Source: Tricharina praecox (taxonomy: Eukaryota). From it: 64,000 nt of DNA. Both the position numbers and the translations under genes were made by a program. Numbering within the stretch: the first letter of the stretch is position 1; every line of letters starts with the position of its first letter. Location of the stretch: contig NW_026250431.1 of NCBI RefSeq assembly GCF_024521635.1, forward strand, positions 310,001 through 374,000, in the 5' to 3' direction. Below, piece after piece: positions 13,307 through 25,677 of this stretch. The notes beneath the pieces were generated by a model. The model was not told the origin of the DNA, did no database searches, and worked only from the letters and a program-made list of their open reading frames with translations.

Positions 13307-14090
13307 CATATATCTTTCAAGTTTCCATTGTGAGCTCATAAGTTTTTGTTGGTCGCCTCTGTACACGGCGTTACAGGCGGCAGAGCGAAGTGGGTACTGG
13401 GTGTCTGCAGGTACTGGTATCCAACCAACCACGGTTTCGGTCGTTACCACCCTTGCAGCCTTGCTGGCGGCCAGTCGGCCGTCTGCAGTGCGTGGTCGCC
13501 GGTATCACAAATCTACATACCTACATTCCTCCCAGCCGCGGAAACACGCTCACTTTCGCGGTCGAGAATCACGGCTGAGAATCGAGCAATCAGTGAGCGC
13601 ACCAACGGCTGAACACCAGCGGCACCAACGCCCCCCCTCCCCCTTAGTTATATATGTACCGCCAGCTGTTGGTCACTGGCGCCATGCAGACGCTTTGGGC
13701 GCGTCTGCGGGGTCAAACTGGACTATCCGCGCTATTGGGAACCGGCCTGGCTTGGGTGAGAATAGAATCGGCTCTCAAGGGATCAGCTCAGATTATGATA
13801 TGCACATCACCGATCAACCGTCCGGGACCCCAAAAGTGAAACGCGCTGTCACCGGTACACATGGTCGTGGGAATCATAATTCAACATTCGTAAACTACAT
13901 GACATATATGTGAAAAGCTACCGCAGGAACGACCGGGACGTGAATGGACATGGGCATCGCAAATCAGAAATCTGAAAAATCAGGTAGAAACAAGAGCACG
14001 CATCCCAAACACAAGGCCGATTCGGTATCCCAAAAGCAGCCAGCGCGGCCGCGTAGCAAACGATAACTCCTCACGCCCCGTAACACACCA

Positions 14091-14976
14091 CTACCTTTTT
14101 TCCGATGAAAACCAGCCGTCATACAGGTTTGATGCGTCTTCCATCGAATCGTTCAAGAGATCTCGGATCGCAATTCTCGGTGGCGTTCTGGATGGCGACG
14201 CAACCTGCAATCCGAAGTTAGGCGACGAGGGCGGCGCAATATCCCCGGGCCGCGAATCCACCACGGAGCGAGCCGAACGTGGTACCTGGTAAGGACTGGC
14301 CCGGTAGACGTGCTGTGACCACGGTGCGGGGCTACTACTACTACTACTACTACTATTACTCGAGGCCTCGCCGTGGCCGTTGTAGTGTCCGTGGGAAGTT
14401 TCGTAAAGGTTGCGCTGTTGCTCGCACGGGGGCTCGTCCGGAGAACTATCGACCTCGTGTGCAGCACTCGACTTCTTCAAGACCCGTGCGCGTTCGTCGG
14501 CGGGGATGTAGGGGCACACCGTGACGTGTGTTCGCATGCTCCGGACTCGGCTGCACGTCGCCGGCACCGCATCGATCGCTACATCGTCGCAACCCGCCGA
14601 ATCATCAGTGTTCCGTTATTGCGAGCGGGATCCGCGCGGTGGAGATGATGATGAGGGCGGCCCCCGACTTACCCTGGCAGTACGTCCACTCGCTCGATCC
14701 CTTGATGGTCCCCCGCGGGTCGAACAATCTCCGTGCTTCCGGGTCAGTGTCGAAATCCCTGATGACCTTCCGGATGCAGTACCGACAGTACGCCCTCTTG
14801 TGCGTCGTGTCCTAGAGCCTGCAGCGCTTGTCATAGTGCTCGAGATATGCGTTCCACAGCGTCGGCTTGACGGAAATGCCCCTCAGCCTCTTGGAATGCG
14901 TTTCTCGCGTAGTCGGCTCTGGTTTTCGGGGCCGCGCATCCCGAGTCCTTGTGGATTGGTTGGCTCGGGACGACAT
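14091..14976 (-). pseudogene. Stand-alone BED-like zinc-finger gene with one in-frame TAG
   Basis: MSSRANQ...DKRCRL*(TAG 14814-14812)DTTHKRAYCRYC...; a GT-AG intron at 14672-14579 joins in frame to AIDAVPATCSRVRSMRTHVTVCPYIP, giving C-x2-C...H-x3-C. Confidence 0.6.
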
Positions 14977-15371
14977 GATGCGGATAGGGTGGAGAAGAGT
15001 GGAGGAGATCAATGGGGGACGGGAGAGCCTTGACGAGGTGCTAGGGGGGCAGGCTGGAGCCCTCACTCTGCGGCTTTTAACCACCCATCAATGGTGCTGG
15101 GAGCCGTGTGGGGTCCGATCAATAGCTGACCACAAGATTTCCACCTCGACACTGTCTATCGGCGGCATTTCTGCGTCCATGTACGGCGGTTGGTGTCGCG
15201 AACGGCGGCACGTAGGTCGTGGGGCCAGGGTATGGGCGATGAGGAGAAAACACAAAGATAATAGGGGATACGGCAGTGCGTGCGTTTGCTTGCGGTGACG
15301 GTGACGATGCTCTGATTATTTCATTAGTGGGCGGCGCGGATATTTTCTAGGCGTATCACGTCACTCGATCT

Positions 15372-17160
15372 TCACCTGGTCACTCGGATATCGAAAGTGC
15401 AAACGCCCTCCGCGATTTGTCCCGCGCGCAGTCCGTAACGGCCGTACGCGGCAATATAATGGATTCCTCTCCCTCCCTGTCCCTCAGGCCGCGTCACGAT
15501 TGTCCAGTCATGTCGTACGCGGAAACCAACCGATTTTCTCCTTCCCTCGTCCCGCGGACCGCGTCGCCATAGTCCACTAGGGAGTAAGGCCGTACGCGGC
15601 AACAGCCTGATGCTCTCCACCTCCCTATCACTCAGGCCGTCCAGACCGCAGAAACATCCCATTCCTCGTGCCCCATTAACTCCAGCCCCATCGGCACCGC
15701 TGGGACCAATCCGCGCGTAACGAACCTGCCGACAATTAGAAACCCACGGAGCTTCCATTCGGTACGAATACTCACCAACGATGCATTGGCGACGGGAAAA
15801 CATAGACCTCCTGGTCGCGCTGGAGCGTCATATGCAGCCACCCCTTGCGGTAGCACTTATTCAGCGCCGCGGCGCCCACGGGGTGGTCGCGCGGATCGAC
15901 GTATTCCTGCTTTACAGCGAGCGAGAAGAGGTTGCTCATCCCTGGACACCGCAGGTCTTCGCGCGTGGATAGGCCCTTTGCGAACGGCTAGCAGTTCAGG
16001 TTCAGGTAGAACCATTCGAAGTCGCTGAGGAGCGTGGTGGCGAATAGGGCACACGTGAGCGGCTTGCGGAGCGAGACGTGGGATTGGATCGTCTGGGATG
16101 AAGGTCAGTGAAGGCCGTAACCGCAGCCCGAGGTCCGGGGATGCTCACGGAGTTCGCGTGAAGGATCGTTAGTAATGCTCGCAATCCCCCAACGTGACCT
16201 CCAGAAAGCTTGTACAGCCCGTCGACCAGATTTCGTGTGTATTTCGGCTTCTCTGGCGATCATACGGTCCTTCCGTACCTCTCGACCACATCTTCTGCCT
16301 CCTGGACGGTCAGCAGCACACTCACCCTGTCCTCGGACTGCTGACAGTCGAGCAGTCCTATCCGCTATAGCAGATCAAGGATGGGCGGCGATGTGCCGCC
16401 GCCGGGATCGACCGCTAGAGAACTCGGACTGCCGTAGAGCGAGAACAGGCCGACGCAGACACCACTCGATTGTTTTTCGGTCGCCTTCAGCAACGCTTTC
16501 CACAGGTACTGATTCCGGAACATCATCTGCGCCTCGTCGATGAGGAGGACTAGTTTCTTCTCGCCCAACAGCTGCTCCATTGTCATCCCGAGTATGTCGT
16601 CGAGGAACTGTTCGGTGTGACGAGGCCGAGTGACGGCGTGCGGCCACTCGACGGTTACCACTCGGTGGTCCGGGAACTCCCGGGTGATGTGCCGCTTGAT
16701 CAGGGATACGAGGACGGACTTTCCCGAGGCGGGCGGGCCGCGCAGGTGGATGAGGCGATAGGTCAGCAGTCGGTGCACGATCGCCCGGACGGTGGTTTCG
16801 CGGAGGGAGTAGCCTGCGCGAATCATTAGCACGAGATGGAGCGCATACGATCCGGGTGAAGCTCTACACACTTTCCGGGATCGTGACGGGATGCTGTAAC
16901 CTCCCGAGCTCGCAGTCTTGGTCTTCGTCGGCCGTGTGCTGCTCGCCAGTGAGGGATGAGCTGGAAGCATTCCGGGCAGGCACCGACGGCCCAGCTGCCT
17001 CCGAGACTTCCGGGGCTCTAGCCGGACACTCCCGCCCCTCACTCGGCACACGGGTCTCGCGGTCGACGTTCATTCTTCGCGTATTCTTGGTTGGGACGTG
17101 CGTGCCGGGACGATTTTCCACTACTTCGTCGATGGTGTAGATATACACATCTCCGACCAC
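15372..17160 (-). pseudogene. P-loop NTPase (AAA-like) gene interrupted by two in-frame TAGs
   Basis: Walker A LRGPPASGKS and Walker B LLIDEAQ; downstream KCYRKGWLHM...YVFPSPMHRW. TAG at 16367-16365 and 15990-15988; probable intron 16871-16815; ends uncertain. Confidence 0.7.
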
Positions 17161-19485
17161 TGGAAAATCTTCACGGAAGGTGCAAAGTCAGGTAGGTAAA
17201 GAACGCAGAGATCCCTAAATGCACTTCTCGAGTTTACGTCATTCTGACACCAGGTCGGCCTCCCAAGTTTCTCACGTTCCACCAACAACACCAACGACTC
17301 GTGCACTTTGACAATATTTGGACACTTCACGATCCACAGCAGCTGGACGTACATACGGAACGAGAGCGCCCATCCAAGGAACATCGATCTGTCATCCACG
17401 CGAACGAACAGGAAGGAGGAGGACTCTGTCGCGTCACGCAAGATGATCGTCTAGGCGGATCTCGAAATCCGATCAGAGTCAACCCGGTAGAGAAGGCTGA
17501 GAGGCGAGGAGCGTGGAGGGCTTGAAATCGCCGGCCGCTGAAGCTAGCGGGCGCCATCACTTGATATGATCGGATTTTGTCTCCGTAACCAGTCGGCTTT
17601 TAACTTTCGACTCCGAGCGGGTGCTGTGGAGGGCACTGTCACTAGGTATGTGATGGAGCAAGCAGCCACCGCTCAAGCCAACCCCCAAGTTTCGTGACTT
17701 TCGACGGAGGGTGCTACATATGTGGCTTTTGATTCGTGAAGAATGTACATACCGCAACGAACCCAGGTGCGTGACCCCCCATTCGGGGTGTCGGAAGGCG
17801 AGCGCTTCCAAAGCTTCTTGCTCACTCCAGTGTCCCAGAGTCATATATCGAATCAATCGAACGTTTCAACCCGGCTACTAAAACTACGATAAGATGGTTA
17901 CCTCGGTGACAAGAGGAGTACGGTACTTCGACTACAGCCACGAACCACAACTCCAGGCCACGTTGAACGGTGGAAGCGTGCCGATTCCCGGATTCGAAGC
18001 CAGGTGGCAGGAAGCCGCAGGTTCTACGCCCTCGCCGAGCGAGCACATGGCGTCTCGTTTGTTTGTTTGTTTGCTTGTTTGCTCGAACATTCTCGTATTC
18101 GGTGCTGCTATAGTCTCGTTTGTTTATTATACCATCCTCGTATTCAACCTATAGAAATCGTGGCGGCGTACACCTTTTCCAGGTCCTGCCCACATGGTCT
18201 AGATCACTCGCACGGAATGCCCATCCGTCCGTCTTCGTTGCCCGCCGCCGCCTGGGGGCTGTCACAAGCAAAACGGTCGTATGTAGCTAGCACTAGCGGT
18301 TGCGCCCTGAGATTTAGGTTTCCTCAGCAGGCTTGCCCCGGAGCCCCATCTCGACTCTCGAGTTGCATCTACCTCGCACCGCCGATGCGAGGTGTTTAAT
18401 GGCTCCTAGTTACCGACTCCTTGACCTCATCGCGTACGAGCCTAAGGTCGTCGGGAAGATTGCCTGAAGCTTTTCCGTGGGTGAGCTGGGGTTTTCGACG
18501 ACCGTCCGCGAGGCGACATTGCCGTCGTGATCGGCATCGGAACGATCCTCTTCCTCCATATGTTCGGAGGCCGGCAGAGGGATCGGGCAATGGGGGCTGC
18601 AGTGGTAGCTGCGGAGCTGATGACGTATCCGTTATTTTTGTTTGATCATCGTTGCATTGGACCTTCATAGGTTATGGCAGTTACATGGCCGATTCCAACC
18701 CCACTGTCTCCGACCACCGGCAGCAAGCCCGTTATACGTTTCCCACTGCCCTCCGCCGACCTATTCTTTTTGAACGCACCAAGGAGATTACATACTCCTA
18801 GGTTGAGAGAAAAGCACCAAAGAACCGGCTTCTTGGTCCATATCTCGTCCCGTCCACCCTCCGACCAGTTCGACGGGGAAATCCAGAACCTCGTCCCTCC
18901 TACCGGATTCTTCTCGTCCCTCCGCCCCTCTCTTAGTCTGCCTCTGTGAAGATGCCGGACTGGTCTTTGGGTTAAGCACACCTTGAGGGGGGGGGGAAGT
19001 GAGGGGAGCTCTCTCCTCCTTCTCCTTCCCCTTCCCTTCCTACCCTCCCCTACCCTTTTTCCCGCCCTCGCTGCTCTCCGAGAGCGCCGTTCTCGCCCCG
19101 GTCCTGTTATATATCGGCTATACTGATAGCGTCTCCGACGCCACTGCGCAAATTCGTGACGTCGTCTAGGTACTGGACCCTTCAGAATTCTGTACCAAGT
19201 GTTCACATGGTCCGGATCCAGTCGAGTGATATGCTAATCATTTCCTGCTAGTCCGATAGGTAGCCCGAGGTGAACGGCAAAGTTTTGCAGCGTGTGAGCT
19301 TTTATATGGCGAGTGATAGATGATGACGCCCGTAGCTAAGCCAAACTAGGACAAGCGAAAGCGATGACGGAGGAACCCGGTAACTGCGGTTCGAGGGCAA
19401 TCCGCTCCATCCCACTCTCACACCGACAAAACCTCTCGCCGATCCTCTCGCCGCTCCACCCCCGCATCGCATCACGAACAACACC

Positions 19486-20684
19486 ATGGCCACACCACGC
19501 CTGCTCTCGCGGCTTCTTTTCCCCGTCCCGTCCGTCCGCACGGCGGCATTCACACGAACGACGCCGCAGCTCAGAGCCACAGCGCAACGCCGCTTCGCCA
19601 GCAACCCCGCCGACCAGCCCGGCTTCCAGTCGATCCTTGACCAGCCACCGGTTCTCGTGCGCACAGGCCGGAAGCGCCATGGGCCCGGCCTGCTAATTCT
19701 CAGTGCGCACCCCTTCCGCATCCCTCCCTGCCGTCCACGCGTCACCCGTCGCGCATCACCGCCGTCGCGTGAATGCTATCTAACGCACGCACAGTCGCGA
19801 TCCCGGTCACGGCCTTCGTCCTGGGAACCTGGCAGGTGAAGCGGCTGGAATGGAAGACGGCGCTGATGGCGCGGCTCGAGGACCGGATCGTGAAGGCGCC
19901 GCTCGCGCTGCCGCCGCGGATCGATCCCGCCGCGATCGAGGACTTCGACTACCGGCGGGTGCTGGCCACGGGGCGGTTCCGGCACGACCAGGAGATGCTC
20001 GTGGGCCCGCGCATCCACGACGGCGAGAACGGCTACCAGGTTGTCACGCCGCTGGAGCGGCCTGGCGGCACAAAGATCCTGGTCAACCGCGGCTGGATCG
20101 CGAAGTCGAAGAAGAACCATAAGGACCGCGACCGCGACACGCTGCCGACCGGAGAGGTCACCGTCGAAGGTTTGCTGCGCGCGCCGTGGAAGAAGAATAT
20201 GTTTACGCCCGACAACAGGCCCGACATCGAGGAGTTCTATTTCCCCGACATCGAGCAGATGGCGCGGTTAGTGGGTGCCCAGCCGGTGTGGGTTGAGGAG
20301 ACTACGGGTTCGCTACATCTGGCATCTTGACACTTGCTTGCTTCGCGATACGCATTTCCGGGATGGATGGACGTTGTTGACTCTTTCTGCCGGACAGTGC
20401 CTGATTTCATTGACGAGTTGAATGCCAAAGCCGCAGGAAAGCCGATTGGCAGGGCCGCCGAGGTGAACATACGCAACAACCATCTCCAATACATTATCAC
20501 ATGGTTTGTCTCGCCCGGGTCCGATCGCCGACAGATGCTACTGACCTCACACGAACCGCACTGACATAACTGAACTTTGAGGTACGGTCTTTCATTTGCC
20601 ACATCTATAATGCTGTACATCCTCGTCCGAAAGCCCGTCGGTGGAACTATGCGAAGAGTCCGACAGAGCAAGGACTGGGTGTAG
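19486..20684 (+). CDS. SHY1: SURF1-family cytochrome c oxidase assembly protein, 4 exons
   Basis: Mitochondrial-presequence-like N-terminus; LGTWQVKRLEWK, ILVNRGW, NNHLQYIITW|YGLS; introns 19703-19794, 20308-20397 and ~20504-20581. Confidence 0.95.
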
Positions 20685-20756
20685 TTGCATCCCCTCCGTC
20701 GCTCACTTACTTCTCCTCGAACCTATCGTACACAACGAGAAAAAAAAGAGATGGTA

Positions 20757-22701
20757 TTATGTCTTGCGTGTTTGCTTGCCACGACCCTTGGGCGGCACTG
20801 GCATGCGAATGTGCTGGGCTAGCTCGCGGGGTAGATGTTTCTGTGCTAGCGAAAAGAGAGTTGTGTGCGGATTGATGCGGCGTTGTCTGTTGCAGTGTTA
20901 GAGGAATACGTCACGAATCCTGTACGATAACAAGAAGAAAAGAAAAAACATGCCTTTTGAACATCATCAAAGCATCTGAATCATCGATGGTCTTGCGCCC
21001 TGCGTGGTCGGCATATGCACCCAGGTCCACCGATGCCTGCTCGAAGAACTTGTCCGTTGCCGCTTCGAGGATCTTCAAGGTCTCGTTCGAGATGTTGGCC
21101 CCAGCGTACTGTTGCGCCAGTTTCTTGATGACTCGCTTGGGAAACGGCGGATATTCGACTCCGATAGCCGACGTGTTCATGATCCTCTTTTTTGCTATCT
21201 TCAGCGGCTTCACGGTTGGCCTCCGTGCGCGTGCATCCGCGTCGATACCCACGTCGTCGCCTTCCTCGTCCATCCGTATTTCAAATCCTCCAGGTCCGAA
21301 TTCCGCCATATCCTCGTACACATCCACATCCGTGTCTTCTAGAAGTTCTTCCCCGGCCTGCATGGAGTCGTCTCCGAGCATGCTGGTCATCCCGGGACGG
21401 TTGGTATTGTATATTCCGGATCCTTCATCTGCGCAACGTCAACTTGTTGTCCATGGACATTACATGTGGGAACCAACCATGCTTGTTTCCACCGCTACCG
21501 TCTTGAAGTACCTCGATCTGGAAGTCGTCCACCTCGTCGTGATCGGGTAGAAGCATCCGGGATTCATTGCTCCTTTCCAATGAATACGAGTCGTCATCGT
21601 TCTGCAGGATCGACAAGCGCGAGTCGCGGTCACGGAAGGATACCTGCGTATCATCGAGTCTATCCCGGTCAGCACCTGAATTATTCTTTCCACACATCCG
21701 GAGTAGAGGGAATATCCTACTCGAAGCCGAATCCGCGCCGGGTGGTATTGTTGAGATGTGCCAGCGGATCGTCATCCTCCTCCAACATGTCAGGTATTCC
21801 GTAGTCCGAGACTCTATGGCGAGCTCTCCGTCCTGCCTCGATCCCCAAAGAACGCCGTCGTCGCGAGGAGCGCACATCTCCATCCTCGTCGCCGGGCAGC
21901 TGAGACAATTGCGGCACAGGCAGGTCATCGTCACTGTCGTCACGGTAATCGTTGTAGTTGAAACTCAACCTCGGCGGAGCTGGCATTTCATCGTCGTCAT
22001 CGTAGATTTCGCCGACAGGTTTCTCGGGGTACATGACGATCGCGGAGGAGCGGCGGGGGCGGCGTGATGAGGGTGGTGGTTTCGGTGTCATCGAGGTGGG
22101 GGTGTTTGGATCCGGCAATTTGCTCCCCGGGGCAAGAGCTAGAACCGACCATGTCAGCAAAGAATAGGGGGACTCTGGGTAGAGGGAGCTGGAGGGGAGC
22201 TGGGGGAAGCTGGGGGGAAGCTGGGGGAGAGCTGGGGGAGAGCTGGCGAGAACGACATAGTCGAGCAGACTCTTCACACGCAAGCCAGCCGCATTCCCGA
22301 GCTGTAGGGAACCACAATATTACCTCTGCTCAAGTTACGCAGCATATCGATATCGGAGACACGGCTCTTGGATACCAGACTCCGTCTCCTCTCCCTTCCG
22401 AGACTTAGCCGGCGCTGCTGCTCGAACGCGCGCAACGCATGCGGAGACTTCGGATTCAGTCGGCCCGCTGCCGGTGTCCTCCGGACCGACCGAGGAATCG
22501 GATGTTCGGGCGTCTTCGGCTTCGGCCGGTTCTCGACTTTGGCGAGCTGTTGGAGCTTCGTGGCCGGTCAGCAGGATGCGCACCGCATGCCGTGCGCGGC
22601 AGAAGAGCAGCGAGAAAGAGTAGTACCGTTCCAAAGCTAGAAGTATCCGGCGCCCGTTCGGACGAGGAGCCGGCAGGGGAATCCTTCTTGTTCGTCGCCA
22701 T
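20757..22701 (-). CDS. cnp20: Inner kinetochore CENP-T (Cnp20/Cnn1) homolog, multi-exon
   Basis: C-terminal histone fold YPPFPKRVIKKLA...FFEQASVDLGAYADHAGRKTIDDSD..., last exon QRRINPHTTLFSLAQKHLPREL; long acidic/disordered N-terminus; internal exon boundaries only partly resolved. Confidence 0.85.
22187..22246. repeat. Tandem AGCTGGGGGA-like repeats (probably intronic in CENP-T)
   Basis: About 5-6 near-identical 10-11 nt units. Confidence 0.8.
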
Positions 22702-25328
22702 GTCGGTGGTGGGTTGAGCCGACGCGAGGGTTGCGGTGCTCGTGATGCGGGTACAGTGGAGTCGCCCAGCTGTGCACTAGACGGAAGACACACACAGTGG
22801 GATACAGTGAGGTACACTTGGCGCGGGGTAAAAGGTCACAATGTTCGTGCGAAGCGTGGACTGGTGGGACACGAGCAGGTGGATTCGCGTGGCTGTGGTT
22901 GGGGGGAGACGCGACTGCGAGGGGAATGTGTTTTGGTTTGGAATGGTGTACGAGTATTCACGCGAACGTCAGCCACTAGTTATCAAGGGTTTATCGCGAT
23001 AATCATGTGGCTCAACTCATGCCACAACTATGCAAGGGTCAATGTTGAGCCACTCCATTCTCTTTCTGTCACACCAGAGAATCTGGAAACATTGGATCGT
23101 CTCAACGGCCTATCTCCGGCATATCTCTAGCAGGAGCGGATTACTACGAAGGCCAACCACCTACAGCCACAGAACCGTAAAAAATTAGTTCCATCCGAGC
23201 CAGCAGTTCGGATCCTACACCAGCGAACTTTCATTGCACAGAGTCTGCGGTAAGACCTTTAATGAACCTTTTGAATCGAGTCCACTGTCCCTCGAAGTTC
23301 TTAACCACGCAGTTGAGAAGCTCATTGTACAGGCGCAGGTTTATTTTTGCTTTCGACAGGATAACCGGCGCAGAGTGTTAGGTGTGTGCCATCGTACGGG
23401 TTCGGTGTTGACATTCTCAGGTACGGATCGAGCGTGAGAACGGGCGAACAAACGATCATGGCACTATGATATCGTCAGCTTTTATGTAAAACGTGCGAGC
23501 AGGGCATTCCGCCCCGCTTTGGGAGCGTGCCTGCATAATTTTTCCTCTGGTACATACCTCTGCTTTCCTTTCTCCCGGTGGAGGGCCTCGGCCCGATGTC
23601 CCCGCCTCTCTGCCATTACTCGCGTCTTCGGCTCTGTAGCCTACCGTTACGTGCTCGATCGCTAGCTTTGCCTCCGTTGCTAGTCTAGGACCCGGTCTGG
23701 AGGCTGTGCTTTTCTGCCGTGATGCTTTCGAAGCTTTGGCTTCTTTCCGTTTGGTGTTTATTGTAGGTTTACGGCATTCCCGGTGGAGCTCGGATACTGG
23801 TCTTCGGAGGCAATCGGTACCGGTGGTGTGAGACGTACGGAAACGCAGTAATTCCTGTCCGGATGGCCTATCCATCAGCAAACCCGCAACATGAACAACC
23901 GAATTCATAGACTGTTGATATTATGCGTCTTGTTACCTGTTTCCGGTGTCACTGCTACTTTCCACTTTCCTTTGCATACTGCACTCATTTCCTTCGTGGC
24001 TTTGTCTGTGGCGTCTCATCACAATCAGCCTCGTCAGCTGAAAGCCTTCAAGCCCCCAGCCTAGTCCGGCGACGACTATCGTCGTGTCCTCTGTCTGAGG
24101 TCCGGCCTTCTCGTCGTCTACACGAGCTCGTTTCCCTTATAAGCTGTCCTCTTTCTCTTCTTTCTCGTATCAATACATCAATCAAGTCAAGTTCTTCTCC
24201 AAATTCCAACATAGACCGTACATACCATTACGAGTGATACCTTCCTTCAGCAATCACTCGGATTCGGTCGATAATGGAATTGCGAGAGCTGCCGGCACTG
24301 TATCTGGTCAGTTAAGCACACAAGTGCTGGTGATTCCCCGAGGGCAGTAGGTTACTCTGGGGGGCTGCAGTATTAAAGGAGCCGGGCCTAGCACTGCCTC
24401 CTCGTTAACCAAATAGTCCATGCGGCGTTGCAGAACAGATGAGAAATCCCCCAAGATTCACTATGAGGCCGAGTTCCGAGTGCAATGGACTGAAGGAGAC
24501 GTGGTACGTGACAGTATGAGGTCTCTAGGAGCAACAGACAGGATCCGACTCGAGTATCAGCCGAGTGCGAGTCGACGGCCTCTCACACTCTATTACTATT
24601 AATCGCAGCTCACGGGCGATTCGCTCCCTGTTCTCAGGCGGCGCTATCAGGAACCACCATCCGCGAATCGAATAATATGGGAAACAAGAAGTAGCAACAC
24701 GAGAATCGGTAATGTGTCCGTGATGGTGGGAAGTTGACCGTTTACCAGGATCAGAGCAGGTGCAACGTACGTGATTATCAAGAACAACGAGAGGACGTCC
24801 GGAAGCTAGAACGGGGCAGTTGGCAGTCGACGTACTATGAGTACGTGAACGTGGGGCTCGAATAGGTACCGGTCCGAGCCCTTCCCTTCTGGAACAGGCC
24901 CAAGGCTTGTCGGCTGAAGAGGGCCTTTCAAATGTTTTGTTCTGGCCACGTGACTGATCACGTGTTATTTTAGTAAGACGGGGCCCCTGTGGAGATCATG
25001 TCAGTCGACTTAGCGCTGCGTAGGAGTGCACCGATCGGGTGGGACCTGACTAGACCTGAGTGGGACTAGTTGCCGAAGGCGCGGGACCCTAGTGGGCTTT
25101 GGTGGGACTTTGGCGAGCCTGGATGGGACTTCGTCGGACTTGAGTGGGACTCGCTGATGGGGGATCGAACTTTGTACAGACCTGACGAGGCCACCTGGCG
25201 AGGCCAGCTGTCTTGGAGGTGATGCTCATTGTCATCGGTGGGAGACCCGATGCAGTGCGTCCAACGTTTAATTGTTTTTTGCTGTGACTATATTTGCCGT
25301 CCTGGCTCGTCTGGTTTTGTTTTGTTTC

Positions 25329-25336
25329 CATCCTCA

Positions 25337-25371
<35 letters not shown>

Positions 25372-25390
25372 ATCATCATCATCATCATCA
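25329..25390. repeat. Compound (TCCTCG)n/(TCA)n microsatellite
   Basis: Directly visible. Confidence 0.9.
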
Positions 25391-25677
25391 AGAAAACTGT
25401 TTACTCGAGTCTAGATATTTAAGTTTTTGAACCTTAACCCTTTTTGGGTCTCTTAATACTACCCTCACACACCATTTCCGTTCTCTAACACACGATCCCG
25501 CTTTTAAAATACACTCACCCGCAAAGCCCTCACCCGCAAAGGAGAAGGAGTAGGAAGGGAAAGGCTAAGGAAGACGAGAGCACGGTGGAGGCCAAAGGTG
25601 CCAATCACATGTCCTCTATATCTCCCAACTCATGCTAAACGTGTACAGGGTCAAGCAGTACCGACGAGGGCAGCCCG

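Noticed and set aside
17894..18154. 86-aa ORF with a hydrophobic C-terminus
   Set aside because: Hydrophobic stretch partly derives from a GTTT repeat; insufficient support
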